Positions 1 to 6,651 of a stretch of DNA of 24,970 nt are shown here, piece after piece. Position numbers and translations under genes: made by a program. The notes under the pieces were generated by a model. The model was not told the origin of the DNA. It did not search any database and worked only from the letters and a program-made list of their open reading frames with translations. Source of the DNA: a virus. Lineage: Duplodnaviria > Caudoviricetes. Where the stretch lies: positions 1 to 24,970 of IMG/VR virus record IMGVR_UViG_3300032318_000081. One strand, 5' to 3'. Each line of letters begins with the position of its first letter. Position 1 is the first letter of the stretch.

Positions 1-3
1 CAA

Positions 4-393
4 ATGGAACGTGCAAAGTCTGCTATGATGGCACGACTTGGACTTGATGACAAAGACACCCGCAAACGAGAATATACGCTCGCAAGAGGCGCATTCGTAA
101 ACGCCTACGCTACCAAAGGAACGCTCGTTGAACTTGGGCATATCATTGGCCGTGACCATTCCACCGTCATCCACGCCCATAAGGAACACAAATCAAGACT
201 CAATTACAAAGACTACCGATGGGCGTACAAGATTGCCTGCGAGATACGTGATGAGTACCCGATTGAAACGCTTGAGAACGTAGATGTGAAAGCCCTTGAG
301 GATGAAATCAAAAGGCTTAACGATTTGCTCACGGAGTTAATTAAATATAAAGAACTATATTTAACCCTGAAAAAGACATTTGATGAATTTTAA
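4..393 (+). CDS. DnaA domain IV (Bac_DnaA_C)-like helix-turn-helix protein with C-terminal coiled coil; may be truncated at the N-terminus by the window edge
   Basis: TLVELGHIIGRDHSTVIHA matches the DnaA C-terminal signature (SL.EIG..FGGRDHTTV.HA). It is followed by the heptad-like KALEDEIKRLNDLLTEL. No AAA+ domain within the ORF. Confidence 0.7.
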   Translation: MERAKSAMMARLGLDDKDTRKREYTLARGAFVNAYATKGTLVELGHIIGRDHSTVIHAHKEHKSRLNYKDYRWAYKIACEIRDEYPIETLENVDVKALEDEIKRLNDLLTELIKYKELYLTLKKTFDEF

Positions 394-532
394 CGTAGGC
401 TTCTACCCCATCTACGGCTTGGTTCTTGGTGTGAACTGGTCAAAGACCGAATACCTTGATGAAGAAGAAACAATCCAACAGATTCAGGTAGCACTCGGCA
501 TATTTATGCTTGAAATATCTTGGAACTCTTAA
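383..532 (+). CDS. Small hypothetical protein (49 aa, MNFNVGFYPIYGLVLGVNWSKTEY...IQQIQVALGIFMLEISWNS), not in the ORF track
   Basis: ATG at 383, TAA at 530-532; overlaps both neighbours and fills the gap exactly. Confidence 0.65.
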   Translation: MNFNVGFYPIYGLVLGVNWSKTEYLDEEETIQQIQVALGIFMLEISWNS

Positions 533-1056
533 ACGTACTTGCTGAACGCCACACCGATTGGATTCGGATGGTCAAGAGTTTTGGTGCAGACCAAGACCTT
601 GCCAACGACATAGTCCAAGAGATGTACGTTCGCCTGTACAAATACGTTGGAGAGCCTGAAAAAATAATGTACAACGAGCATGAGGTCAACACCTTTTTCG
701 TGTACGTTACCCTTCGCAATATGTACGCAACCTTGATGAAGGCAAAGAGCCGCATTGAGTTTGTAGATGTAAGCCAATTTGAAGATGAGCTAATCTTTGA
801 GGAGGCCAACGAAGAAGCCGAAGTGCAGATGGTTGCTCTCTACGATGAGATATGGGAGCAGGCATCCGATTGGCATTGGTACGACAGGAAGATATTTGAC
901 CTGTACCACAACACCGATATGAGCATTAGAACGCTCGCAGACAAAACAAAAATCTCAGCACGTTCAATATTTAATACCTTAAAAAATGCAAGAGAACGAA
1001 TCCAAACCGACTGCAACGACCACTACCAAGCGTGGAAGGAAGCCAAAGAGGAGTGA
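520..1056 (+). CDS. Phage-encoded sigma-70/ECF-like RNA polymerase sigma factor
   Basis: Region 2-like ANDIVQEMYVRLY...FFVYVTLRN and region 4 HTH RKIFDLYHNTDMSIRTLADKTKISARSIFNTLKNARERI; 178 aa is a typical ECF size; TTG start. Confidence 0.8.
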   Translation: MELLNVLAERHTDWIRMVKSFGADQDLANDIVQEMYVRLYKYVGEPEKIMYNEHEVNTFFVYVTLRNMYATLMKAKSRIEFVDVSQFEDELIFEEANEEAEVQMVALYDEIWEQASDWHWYDRKIFDLYHNTDMSIRTLADKTKISARSIFNTLKNARERIQTDCNDHYQAWKEAKEE

Positions 1057-1393
1057 AGGTCTTGGCGATACGATAGAGAAAATCACCACCGCCACAGGCA
1101 TTAAGGCTGCCGTTGACTGGTTCAGCGAAGCAACAGGCGTTGACTGCGGATGCGATGCCCGTAAGGAGAAGCTCAACAAAATCTTCCGTTACCGTAAGCC
1201 CGAGTGCTTGACCCAAACCGAGTACGAATACATTGGCAAGATGAAAGGTCGCAATGTGGTGACTGCGTTTGAGCAGACCGAACTGAATAAAATCTACAAC
1301 CGAGTATTCAACGACAAGGTGCAGCCCACTTCGTGCGGCAGTTGTATGCGTGGTAGGTTGCAAGAGCTTGAGGCTTTATACAACGCTTATTGA
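986..1393 (+). CDS. Hypothetical phage protein with CGC and CxxC motifs (possibly Zn-binding)
   Basis: GLGDTIEKIT...DCGCDARKEKLN...SCGSC; codon usage matches the rest of the genome. Confidence 0.7.
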   Translation: MQENESKPTATTTTKRGRKPKRSEGLGDTIEKITTATGIKAAVDWFSEATGVDCGCDARKEKLNKIFRYRKPECLTQTEYEYIGKMKGRNVVTAFEQTELNKIYNRVFNDKVQPTSCGSCMRGRLQELEALYNAY

Positions 1394-1884
1394 TGAATCA
1401 TTCAGGAAAAATAGGCGAGGCTAAGTGGAAGGCTTATCTTGAGTCCGTTGGTCACATTGTAGAAAATGCTCCTGAGCGAGTGTTTTACGATTGGGATTTG
1501 AAATCAACTACCACCGACAAAAGGACAGTAACTTTTGAGGTCAAGTACGATGAGAAGGCATACTATTGGGCAGAGAAACGAGGTATGCCTGATAATCCAA
1601 ATATGTATATTGAATACAAAAACACAAATCAAAATAGGGACTCGGGAATCTTAGCGAGTAAAGCCGACTACTATGTCTACATTTTGAAGGCCGAAGAAGA
1701 CATTGCGTATGTTTTTAAGCGTGGCGAGTTGTGTGAGCATTTAGTCAATGCCAACTATAAGAGCGTAGGCAATAGCGCAACAGGCGATGACAATGCACTT
1801 GGCTGGATTCCCCCTTTAAAAGAAATGGTAAAGCACCATTCGTTTCACACCAAGATAAATCTCAATGCCAATACCAAAACCTAA
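1390..1884 (+). CDS. PD-(D/E)XK-fold nuclease (restriction-endonuclease/resolvase-like)
   Basis: GKIGE...YDWDL...TFEVKYD catalytic pattern, followed by NMYIEY...SGILASKADYYVY. Confidence 0.7.
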   Translation: MMNHSGKIGEAKWKAYLESVGHIVENAPERVFYDWDLKSTTTDKRTVTFEVKYDEKAYYWAEKRGMPDNPNMYIEYKNTNQNRDSGILASKADYYVYILKAEEDIAYVFKRGELCEHLVNANYKSVGNSATGDDNALGWIPPLKEMVKHHSFHTKINLNANTKT

Positions 1885-2002
1885 ATCAGGCGAGAAGCAA
1901 TCCGACTACATCCAGCGTTGCATGGAAGCCATCGGAAGCGAGTATCCAGACAAAGACCAAGCGGTAGCAGTTTGCTACACACAATGGAAGGAGGGCAAAT
2001 AG
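1865..2002 (+). CDS. Small hypothetical protein (45 aa, MPIPKPKSGEKQSDYIQRCMEAIGSEYPDKDQAVAVCYTQWKEGK), not in the ORF track
   Basis: ATG at 1865, TAG at 2000-2002; overlaps the upstream gene and ends inside a terminator hairpin. Confidence 0.75.
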   Translation: MPIPKPKSGEKQSDYIQRCMEAIGSEYPDKDQAVAVCYTQWKEGK

Positions 2003-2013
2003 CCCTCTTTTTT
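1991..2013 (+). terminator. Rho-independent terminator
   Basis: GAGGGC-AAATA-GCCCTC perfect stem followed by TTTTTT. Confidence 0.85.
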
Positions 2014-2043
2014 ATTCATAGTATATCTAATTTCAACCATAGT

Positions 2044-2074
2044 GTTGTGGATGTGAACGCTTTGCGTACATTTG
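2044..2074 (+). promoter_or_regulatory. Bacteroidota primary-sigma promoter (-33 TTG, N19, -7 TACATTTG)
   Basis: TTG at 2045-2047, 19-nt spacer, TAnnTTTG at 2067-2074. It lies just after a terminator and just before an A-rich leader and the ATG at 2098. Confidence 0.75.
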
Positions 2075-2097
2075 ATTATCATTTAAAACCAATCAAA

Positions 2098-2217
2098 ATG
2101 AAACAAATATCTGCACACCAAGTCAAGGTCTTCTTTGCGAAGCTCATTGCCTCTATCGTTATCATTGGCGGCCTTATGGGGTCAATGGCTATTGTTGAAC
2201 TAATTGCTGGACTTTAA
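2098..2217 (+). CDS. Small single-pass membrane protein (39 aa, MKQISAHQVKVFFAKLIASIVIIGGLMGSMAIVELIAGL)
   Basis: ATG preceded by AAAACCAATCAAA and the promoter; hydrophobic C-terminal helix. The 1918 start in the track crosses a terminator and is unlikely. Confidence 0.65.
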   Translation: MKQISAHQVKVFFAKLIASIVIIGGLMGSMAIVELIAGL

Positions 2218-2218
2218 A

Positions 2219-2533
2219 ATGTTATTTGAAATTGATGACCTTCAGATGTGGCTTGAGGACTCTCACGAGATGCCACAGGCTTATTGGAATGCCGTAGAAG
2301 CAGGAACCGATAAAGAATACCTCGCTGAATGGCTTGGATACGAATCCGTTATTGAGATGGAGAAGTACGAGATGACCATTGAGTACAAGGAGGAATCCTA
2401 CAACGAGGATGGCTACACCAACACCACCGCATATCCGACCTCACACATCAGCAATCCGCCTACTAAGATGGATATGCAGTTGTACTACAAGTGGATTAAT
2501 TGGGCAACGTCCGTAGCAGCAGATGAATACTAA
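2219..2533 (+). CDS. Acidic hypothetical protein
   Basis: ATG at 2219, 1 nt after the upstream stop (track start is TTG 2204); genome-typical codon usage. Confidence 0.7.
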   Translation: MLFEIDDLQMWLEDSHEMPQAYWNAVEAGTDKEYLAEWLGYESVIEMEKYEMTIEYKEESYNEDGYTNTTAYPTSHISNPPTKMDMQLYYKWINWATSVAADEY

Positions 2534-2708
2534 AATGAAAACACCATTCACCGTGTTCTTTGAGAACCATCCCGAGTTCAGTGATGCCACAAAGGAATCC
2601 TACCTTCACATTGAGAAGATGCACATACAATCAGCCTACTTCACGGGCAAGGTGCAATACGATAGTGCCAAGACCGAAGAAGAATTTTGGTTGCAGCGTT
2701 ACGAATAA
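2523..2708 (+). CDS. Hypothetical protein (start may be ATG 2535)
   Basis: Fills the gap between adjacent genes. Confidence 0.6.
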   Translation: MNTKMKTPFTVFFENHPEFSDATKESYLHIEKMHIQSAYFTGKVQYDSAKTEEEFWLQRYE

Positions 2709-2736
2709 TTTACTATCTTTAACAAAACCAATCAAA
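2691..2736 (+). promoter_or_regulatory. Possible second Bacteroidota-type promoter (TTG-N20-TATCTTTA) plus repeated leader AAAACCAATCAAA
   Basis: TTG at 2691-2693 and TATCTTTA at 2714-2721 (one mismatch to TAnnTTTG). The 13-mer at 2724-2736 is identical to 2085-2097. Confidence 0.5.
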
Positions 2737-3506
2737 TGAAAATCATAGAACTACTTGATGGAAGCACTTGGGATTTAGAAACTATCAAATCCAAGATGCA
2801 CGATGATGACTTCTACTACGGCAACCTGTCAAAGAATGCCTTGTCATCTTCAGCTTGTAAATTATTATTAACCTCACCCAAGACCTACCACTACGTCACC
2901 AAGTACGGCTCGGAGGATTCCGATGCCTTCTCGGTAGGTAGGCTCGTTCACCTAATGGCTCTTGAGCCTCATCGTGTGGAGGAGTACAACGTGATTGAGG
3001 TGCAGAGCAAGAACGCAAAGGCGTGGCAGGAAGCAAAAGGCCAACGCAACATCTGCACCCGTAAGGAGATGGATGAAGCGCAGCGCATCGCTGATGCCCT
3101 ACTTCGTAACGAATACTTTTTGTCAATGATTCAAGGCTGCGAGTTTGAGCAACCAGCAATCGGATTGATTGAGGGCATTCCCTTCCGAGCAAAGGCAGAC
3201 ATCATTGCTGACGGCTTCTTGGCTGACTTAAAAACAACAACCGACCTACGTGCGTTCCCTTACTCGGCAAAGAAGTACGGATACGATGTACAGGCGTTCA
3301 TCTACACCCGATTGTTTGGTGTGCCCATTGACAAGTTCTACTTCATAGCTATTGATAAGGCGAGCTTGGATGTAGGCATCTACTCCATCACTCCTGAGTT
3401 CGTAGCAGAAGGCGAACGAAAAACGCTTGAGGCAATTGAACTCTACAAGCAGTTCTTCATCTTGGGTGAGGACATTGACTCGTACACCATCTTCGGGGAA
3501 CTTTAA
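2736..3506 (+). CDS. RecE/exonuclease VIII-like PD-(D/E)XK exonuclease (DUF3799/PDDEXK_1-like)
   Basis: LSSSACKLLL.SP, GRLVHLMALEP, E...RAKADII...LADLKTT and YGYDVQAFIY motifs. Confidence 0.85.
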   Translation: MKIIELLDGSTWDLETIKSKMHDDDFYYGNLSKNALSSSACKLLLTSPKTYHYVTKYGSEDSDAFSVGRLVHLMALEPHRVEEYNVIEVQSKNAKAWQEAKGQRNICTRKEMDEAQRIADALLRNEYFLSMIQGCEFEQPAIGLIEGIPFRAKADIIADGFLADLKTTTDLRAFPYSAKKYGYDVQAFIYTRLFGVPIDKFYFIAIDKASLDVGIYSITPEFVAEGERKTLEAIELYKQFFILGEDIDSYTIFGEL

Positions 3507-3518
3507 CACCAAATAGAA

Positions 3519-3617
3519 ATGAGAACTCCGCCCGCTTATGGCGCATTAGGATTCAGCAAGTGGAATGCAACCGCCCTGATTAACGGAGTCTTTTTCTTTA
3601 ACACCAACAAGAGATGA
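3519..3617 (+). CDS. Possible 32-aa mini-ORF (MRTPPAYGALGFSKWNATALINGVFFFNTNKR) or structured RNA, between repeats 1 and 2
   Basis: ATG in repeat 1 and in-frame TGA in repeat 2; the segment also folds into a nested hairpin. Confidence 0.4.
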   Translation: MRTPPAYGALGFSKWNATALINGVFFFNTNKR

Positions 3618-4219
3618 AACAGACAGCAGTAGATTGGTTGGTTAAACAACTAACAGAAGTAGAACGAAAAAACTGGATAAATAATAAAATTCTATCAATT
3701 GGTAAAAATACATTAGCTAAACAAACATTTGATGGAATTATTGAACAAGCTAAACAAATGGAAAGAGAGTTAATTAAAGACTCTTGTACTATGGCTATTA
3801 TGCAATGGAACGAATGGGATAAGACAAACTATCTTGATTTATACGACCATAAAATAGAAGGTGCTGAAATATGGTCAGAAGATTATGTTAAAGAATTGTA
3901 CTGAGAGATTGAAGTTCCTGAACCAAATAAAGTAATAGAACCATTTAACGATTATACTTCGTATTGTCAATACGTTAAAGAGGACTGGAATGACGGTTAC
4001 ATTAATGAGCTTTTTGAAAGTGGTTATATAGTTGAAAAGGAATATATTGGTGAATACGAATGTGCTTCAAGAGATATCGAATACAGAATGCTTACCGAAA
4101 GTGAATTTAACGAAACCTTTAATAAGGAAGAGCAAGAACTTGTCCAAATAAATCAAGATAACCCAGTAACAAAGGGTAGTACTGCTTTAGTAAAAACCTT
4201 TAACACCAATGAGAAATGA
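3614..4219 (+). CDS. AT-rich hypothetical protein (MKQTAVDWL...); 96 aa to TGA 3902-3904, but the frame stays open to 4219 (201 codons if read through)
   Basis: Single in-frame TGA. The downstream 104 codons (EIEVPEPNKV...KTFNTNEK) have no stop and end in repeat 3 with ATGA coupling. Confidence 0.65.
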
Positions 4220-4422
4220 GAGAGCAATTTGTGCGGATAGCAATGGCTCGCCTACGCAGCATCTATCCATTCAAACCTCAACGCAGAGCAGTTGCTGCTC
4301 GTATGTGGGTTCAATATCTTGAACGATACGCCAAGCGTGAGTGGGAGCGTAACGAAGAAGAGATGAACAAACGGATGGATATCATCGGGCAGAACGGCAA
4401 CACAGGCGAACACTATGAGTAG
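4216..4422 (+). CDS. Hypothetical basic protein ending RMDIIGQNGNTGEHYE
   Basis: ATG lies in repeat 3; overlaps the next gene. Confidence 0.7.
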   Translation: MREQFVRIAMARLRSIYPFKPQRRAVAARMWVQYLERYAKREWERNEEEMNKRMDIIGQNGNTGEHYE

Positions 4423-5356
4423 GCCGTTCGTTGTAGCCTTCCATAAGGTAAACTCAGGGGTAGCATATCATCGTGTGTTTGCCCCTTTGATTTGCCACCA
4501 AGAGGCAGACGTAATGTTCGTTGAGAAGATAACGGACATTGAGCCTGAGGTATGGCCTAAGATTACTCACTTCTTCTCAAGCCGTGCATTCCCTGTTGAA
4601 CCCTTTGATGACTTCGTTAGGCTATGTCGCAAGGAAGGTATCAAGCTAATCATTGATAACGATGACTGGTGGGTGCTACCTCCTAATCATCCCCTCAACG
4701 GATTCTACGGAAGGCAGATGAAAGACCGCATCATTCGGTCTATGAAAGCAGCAGATGAGGTATGGGTAACCAACAAGCACCTCGCTTCAAAGGTGAAGAA
4801 GTACAACACCAACATCCGAGTAATTCCAAACGCCATCAGCGTACCCACTTGGCAAATAAACCGAGAACCATCAGAGAAGGTGCGCTTCGGTTACATCGGA
4901 GGCAACCACCACCAAGCGGATGTTCGTGATTCCACGATTGACCTATACGGATATGAATCCTATGTAGCAGAAGTAGATGGCTATCCAGAGATGATGCGAG
5001 CAGCATACAAGCTACCAACTATGCCTCCGACTCATTACCATCGCCTGTATGAATACTTTGACGTCAGCCTTGTGCCGTTAACAGGAAGCGAGTTTGCTAA
5101 GTGCAAATCGCATCTAAAGATGCTTGAGGCAGGATTCAGTAAGTGTGCTCTTATTGTGAGCAACACGCACCCCTACCAACCATACATCACCAAAGACAAC
5201 TGCATTGCTATCAACCACCCAAGCGAATGGGCAGGAGCAATCAAGAGGCTAAACGAAAACCCCAACCAAGTCCAAGACCTAACTGAATCGCTATATGAGT
5301 ACGTTCAGGATTTTACGATGGACAAAATAAACGAACTACGATGCTTTACATTGTAA
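4415..5356 (+). CDS. Glycosyltransferase, GT-B fold (GT4-like)
   Basis: SGVAYHRV.AP, LIIDNDDWW, ADEVWVTN..LA, VIPNAI, FGYIGG and DVSLVPL...FAKCKSHLKMLEAG...LIVSN..PY. Confidence 0.85.
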   Translation: MSRPFVVAFHKVNSGVAYHRVFAPLICHQEADVMFVEKITDIEPEVWPKITHFFSSRAFPVEPFDDFVRLCRKEGIKLIIDNDDWWVLPPNHPLNGFYGRQMKDRIIRSMKAADEVWVTNKHLASKVKKYNTNIRVIPNAISVPTWQINREPSEKVRFGYIGGNHHQADVRDSTIDLYGYESYVAEVDGYPEMMRAAYKLPTMPPTHYHRLYEYFDVSLVPLTGSEFAKCKSHLKMLEAGFSKCALIVSNTHPYQPYITKDNCIAINHPSEWAGAIKRLNENPNQVQDLTESLYEYVQDFTMDKINELRCFTL

Positions 5357-5868
5357 CTCCCTGCTCACGACCACAAAACCTCAAACGCATCAAGCAGTAC
5401 ATTCCTGAATGGGCTACGTGGGTGGTGATGATGGATGCCTCTACCGACTTCAAAGAAGCAACAGGCGCAAACGTAACCCACTACTCTACCAAGACAGGAC
5501 ATTGGGGAAACCCACTACGCAATGAGTTCCTTGACCTCTACCAAGACCAATTCACGCAAGATGACTGGGTATACTATCTGGATGATGATAACATCTTACA
5601 CCCGAAGTTCAATGAGCAATGGTCAAACCTCCATAACCTTGACTCCTCAATCGTAACGTGGGGACAAGAGGGAAGGCTACGCCCTACTGACCAACCAAAA
5701 GTCGGGAACATAGACACCGCTTGCTATATGTTCAAGCCATACCACCTACCCAAGCTACGCTTTGAGAATATATACGAGGCCGATGGCCTATTCGCTGCTG
5801 CTGCCGCACGGCAAGGAACACTCATCTGCGTGGATTCCTATCTTTGCTACTACAACGCTCTGCGATGA
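5341..5868 (+). CDS. Glycosyltransferase, GT-A fold (GT2/GT43-like)
   Basis: LYIVTPCSRP.NL N-terminal strand, GNPLRN, VYYLDDDN (DxD motif), IDTAC and YEADG.F. Confidence 0.8.
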   Translation: MLYIVTPCSRPQNLKRIKQYIPEWATWVVMMDASTDFKEATGANVTHYSTKTGHWGNPLRNEFLDLYQDQFTQDDWVYYLDDDNILHPKFNEQWSNLHNLDSSIVTWGQEGRLRPTDQPKVGNIDTACYMFKPYHLPKLRFENIYEADGLFAAAAARQGTLICVDSYLCYYNALR

Positions 5869-6392
5869 AAACCTACAAAGAGATTCAAGGGTGGTTCAAC
5901 CACCAAGCAGCATATGACTTCCTGCTATCGCAAATCCCAGAAGGAGGCACGTTCGTAGAACTCGGTGCGTGGCTCGGTAAGTCATCTGCTTACCTATGTG
6001 ACAAATCAACACATCAAAACATCACCATCATTGATTCTTGGAAAGGGTCAGAGAACGAACTTGACACGACTCATCAGCTCGCAACGGAGGTAGACATCTA
6101 CGACCTGTTCGTTGAGAACATGGGAGAGCGCAAATACAAAGCCATCAGAACAACATCCAAAGCAGCATCCAAGAAATTCAAGAACGAATCCTTAGACGTA
6201 GTCTTTATAGACCTAACCCATACATATGAAGCGGTAAAGGAGGATATTCAACTATGGCTACCCAAAGTAAAGAAGGAAGGCTACATAGCAGGAGATGACT
6301 ACCACGAACATTGGCAAGGAGTAATCCAAGCCGTAGATGAACTCCTGCCACACGCCACGTTCATTGATGACTGTTGGCTCTACAAGAAATGA
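5865..6392 (+). CDS. Class I SAM-dependent methyltransferase (Methyltransf_24-like, non-DNA substrate)
   Basis: VELGAWLGKS, IIDSW and DVVFIDLTHTYEAVKEDI..WLPKVK.EGYIAGDDY; ATG 5865 overlaps the upstream TGA. Confidence 0.85.
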   Translation: MKTYKEIQGWFNHQAAYDFLLSQIPEGGTFVELGAWLGKSSAYLCDKSTHQNITIIDSWKGSENELDTTHQLATEVDIYDLFVENMGERKYKAIRTTSKAASKKFKNESLDVVFIDLTHTYEAVKEDIQLWLPKVKKEGYIAGDDYHEHWQGVIQAVDELLPHATFIDDCWLYKK

Positions 6393-6649
6393 AGAACCAC
6401 ACAAAGGTCTACCTAAAGGGAATGGGCTACGATACCACCGACTGGATTCCTTGCGAGGTATGCCAAGCACAGGCCGTAGACATCCACCACATTGAGGCAC
6501 GTGGTATGGGAGGGAGCAAAGAGGCGGACACCATAGAAAACCTAATGGCTCTATGCCGCAAATGCCACAACGCATTCGGTGACCTAAAGCAGCACAAGGA
6601 TATGCTCAAGGCAGTCCACAACCACCACCTATCTAAAAGAGTTATTTAA
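6389..6649 (+). CDS. HNH endonuclease (terminase-associated type)
   Basis: CEVC...VDIHHIEARGMGG...NLMALCRKCH; ATGA overlap at 6389; upstream of the terminase genes. Confidence 0.85.
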   Translation: MKNHTKVYLKGMGYDTTDWIPCEVCQAQAVDIHHIEARGMGGSKEADTIENLMALCRKCHNAFGDLKQHKDMLKAVHNHHLSKRVI

Positions 6650-6651
6650 TT
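6641..6651 (+). promoter_or_regulatory. Candidate late-promoter element GTTATTT just upstream of the ATG
   Basis: Related motif seen at 9231, 17032 and 19311, each a few nt before a module-initial ATG. Confidence 0.45.

Larger units (their letters stand above)
3501..4219 (+). repeat. Three dispersed 22-bp direct repeats CTTTAACACCAA-NNA-GAR-ATGA at gene junctions (3501-3522, 3596-3617, 4198-4219)
   Basis: Exact 12-mer core in all three copies; each has an ATG exactly 18 nt after the repeat start (3519, 3614, 4216). Confidence 0.9.

Noticed and set aside
1918-2097. Long N-terminal extensions in the ORF track (also the 18616 and 19103 starts)
   Set aside because: They run through terminators or promoters; downstream ATGs at 2098, 18664 and 19325 have better contexts.
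3902-3960. Selenocysteine insertion at the TGA
   Set aside because: No evident SECIS-like hairpin directly downstream and no redox motif context.
3501-4219. Direct repeats as a CRISPR array
   Set aside because: Only three copies with very unequal periods (95 and 602 bp), the intervals are coding, and there are no cas genes.
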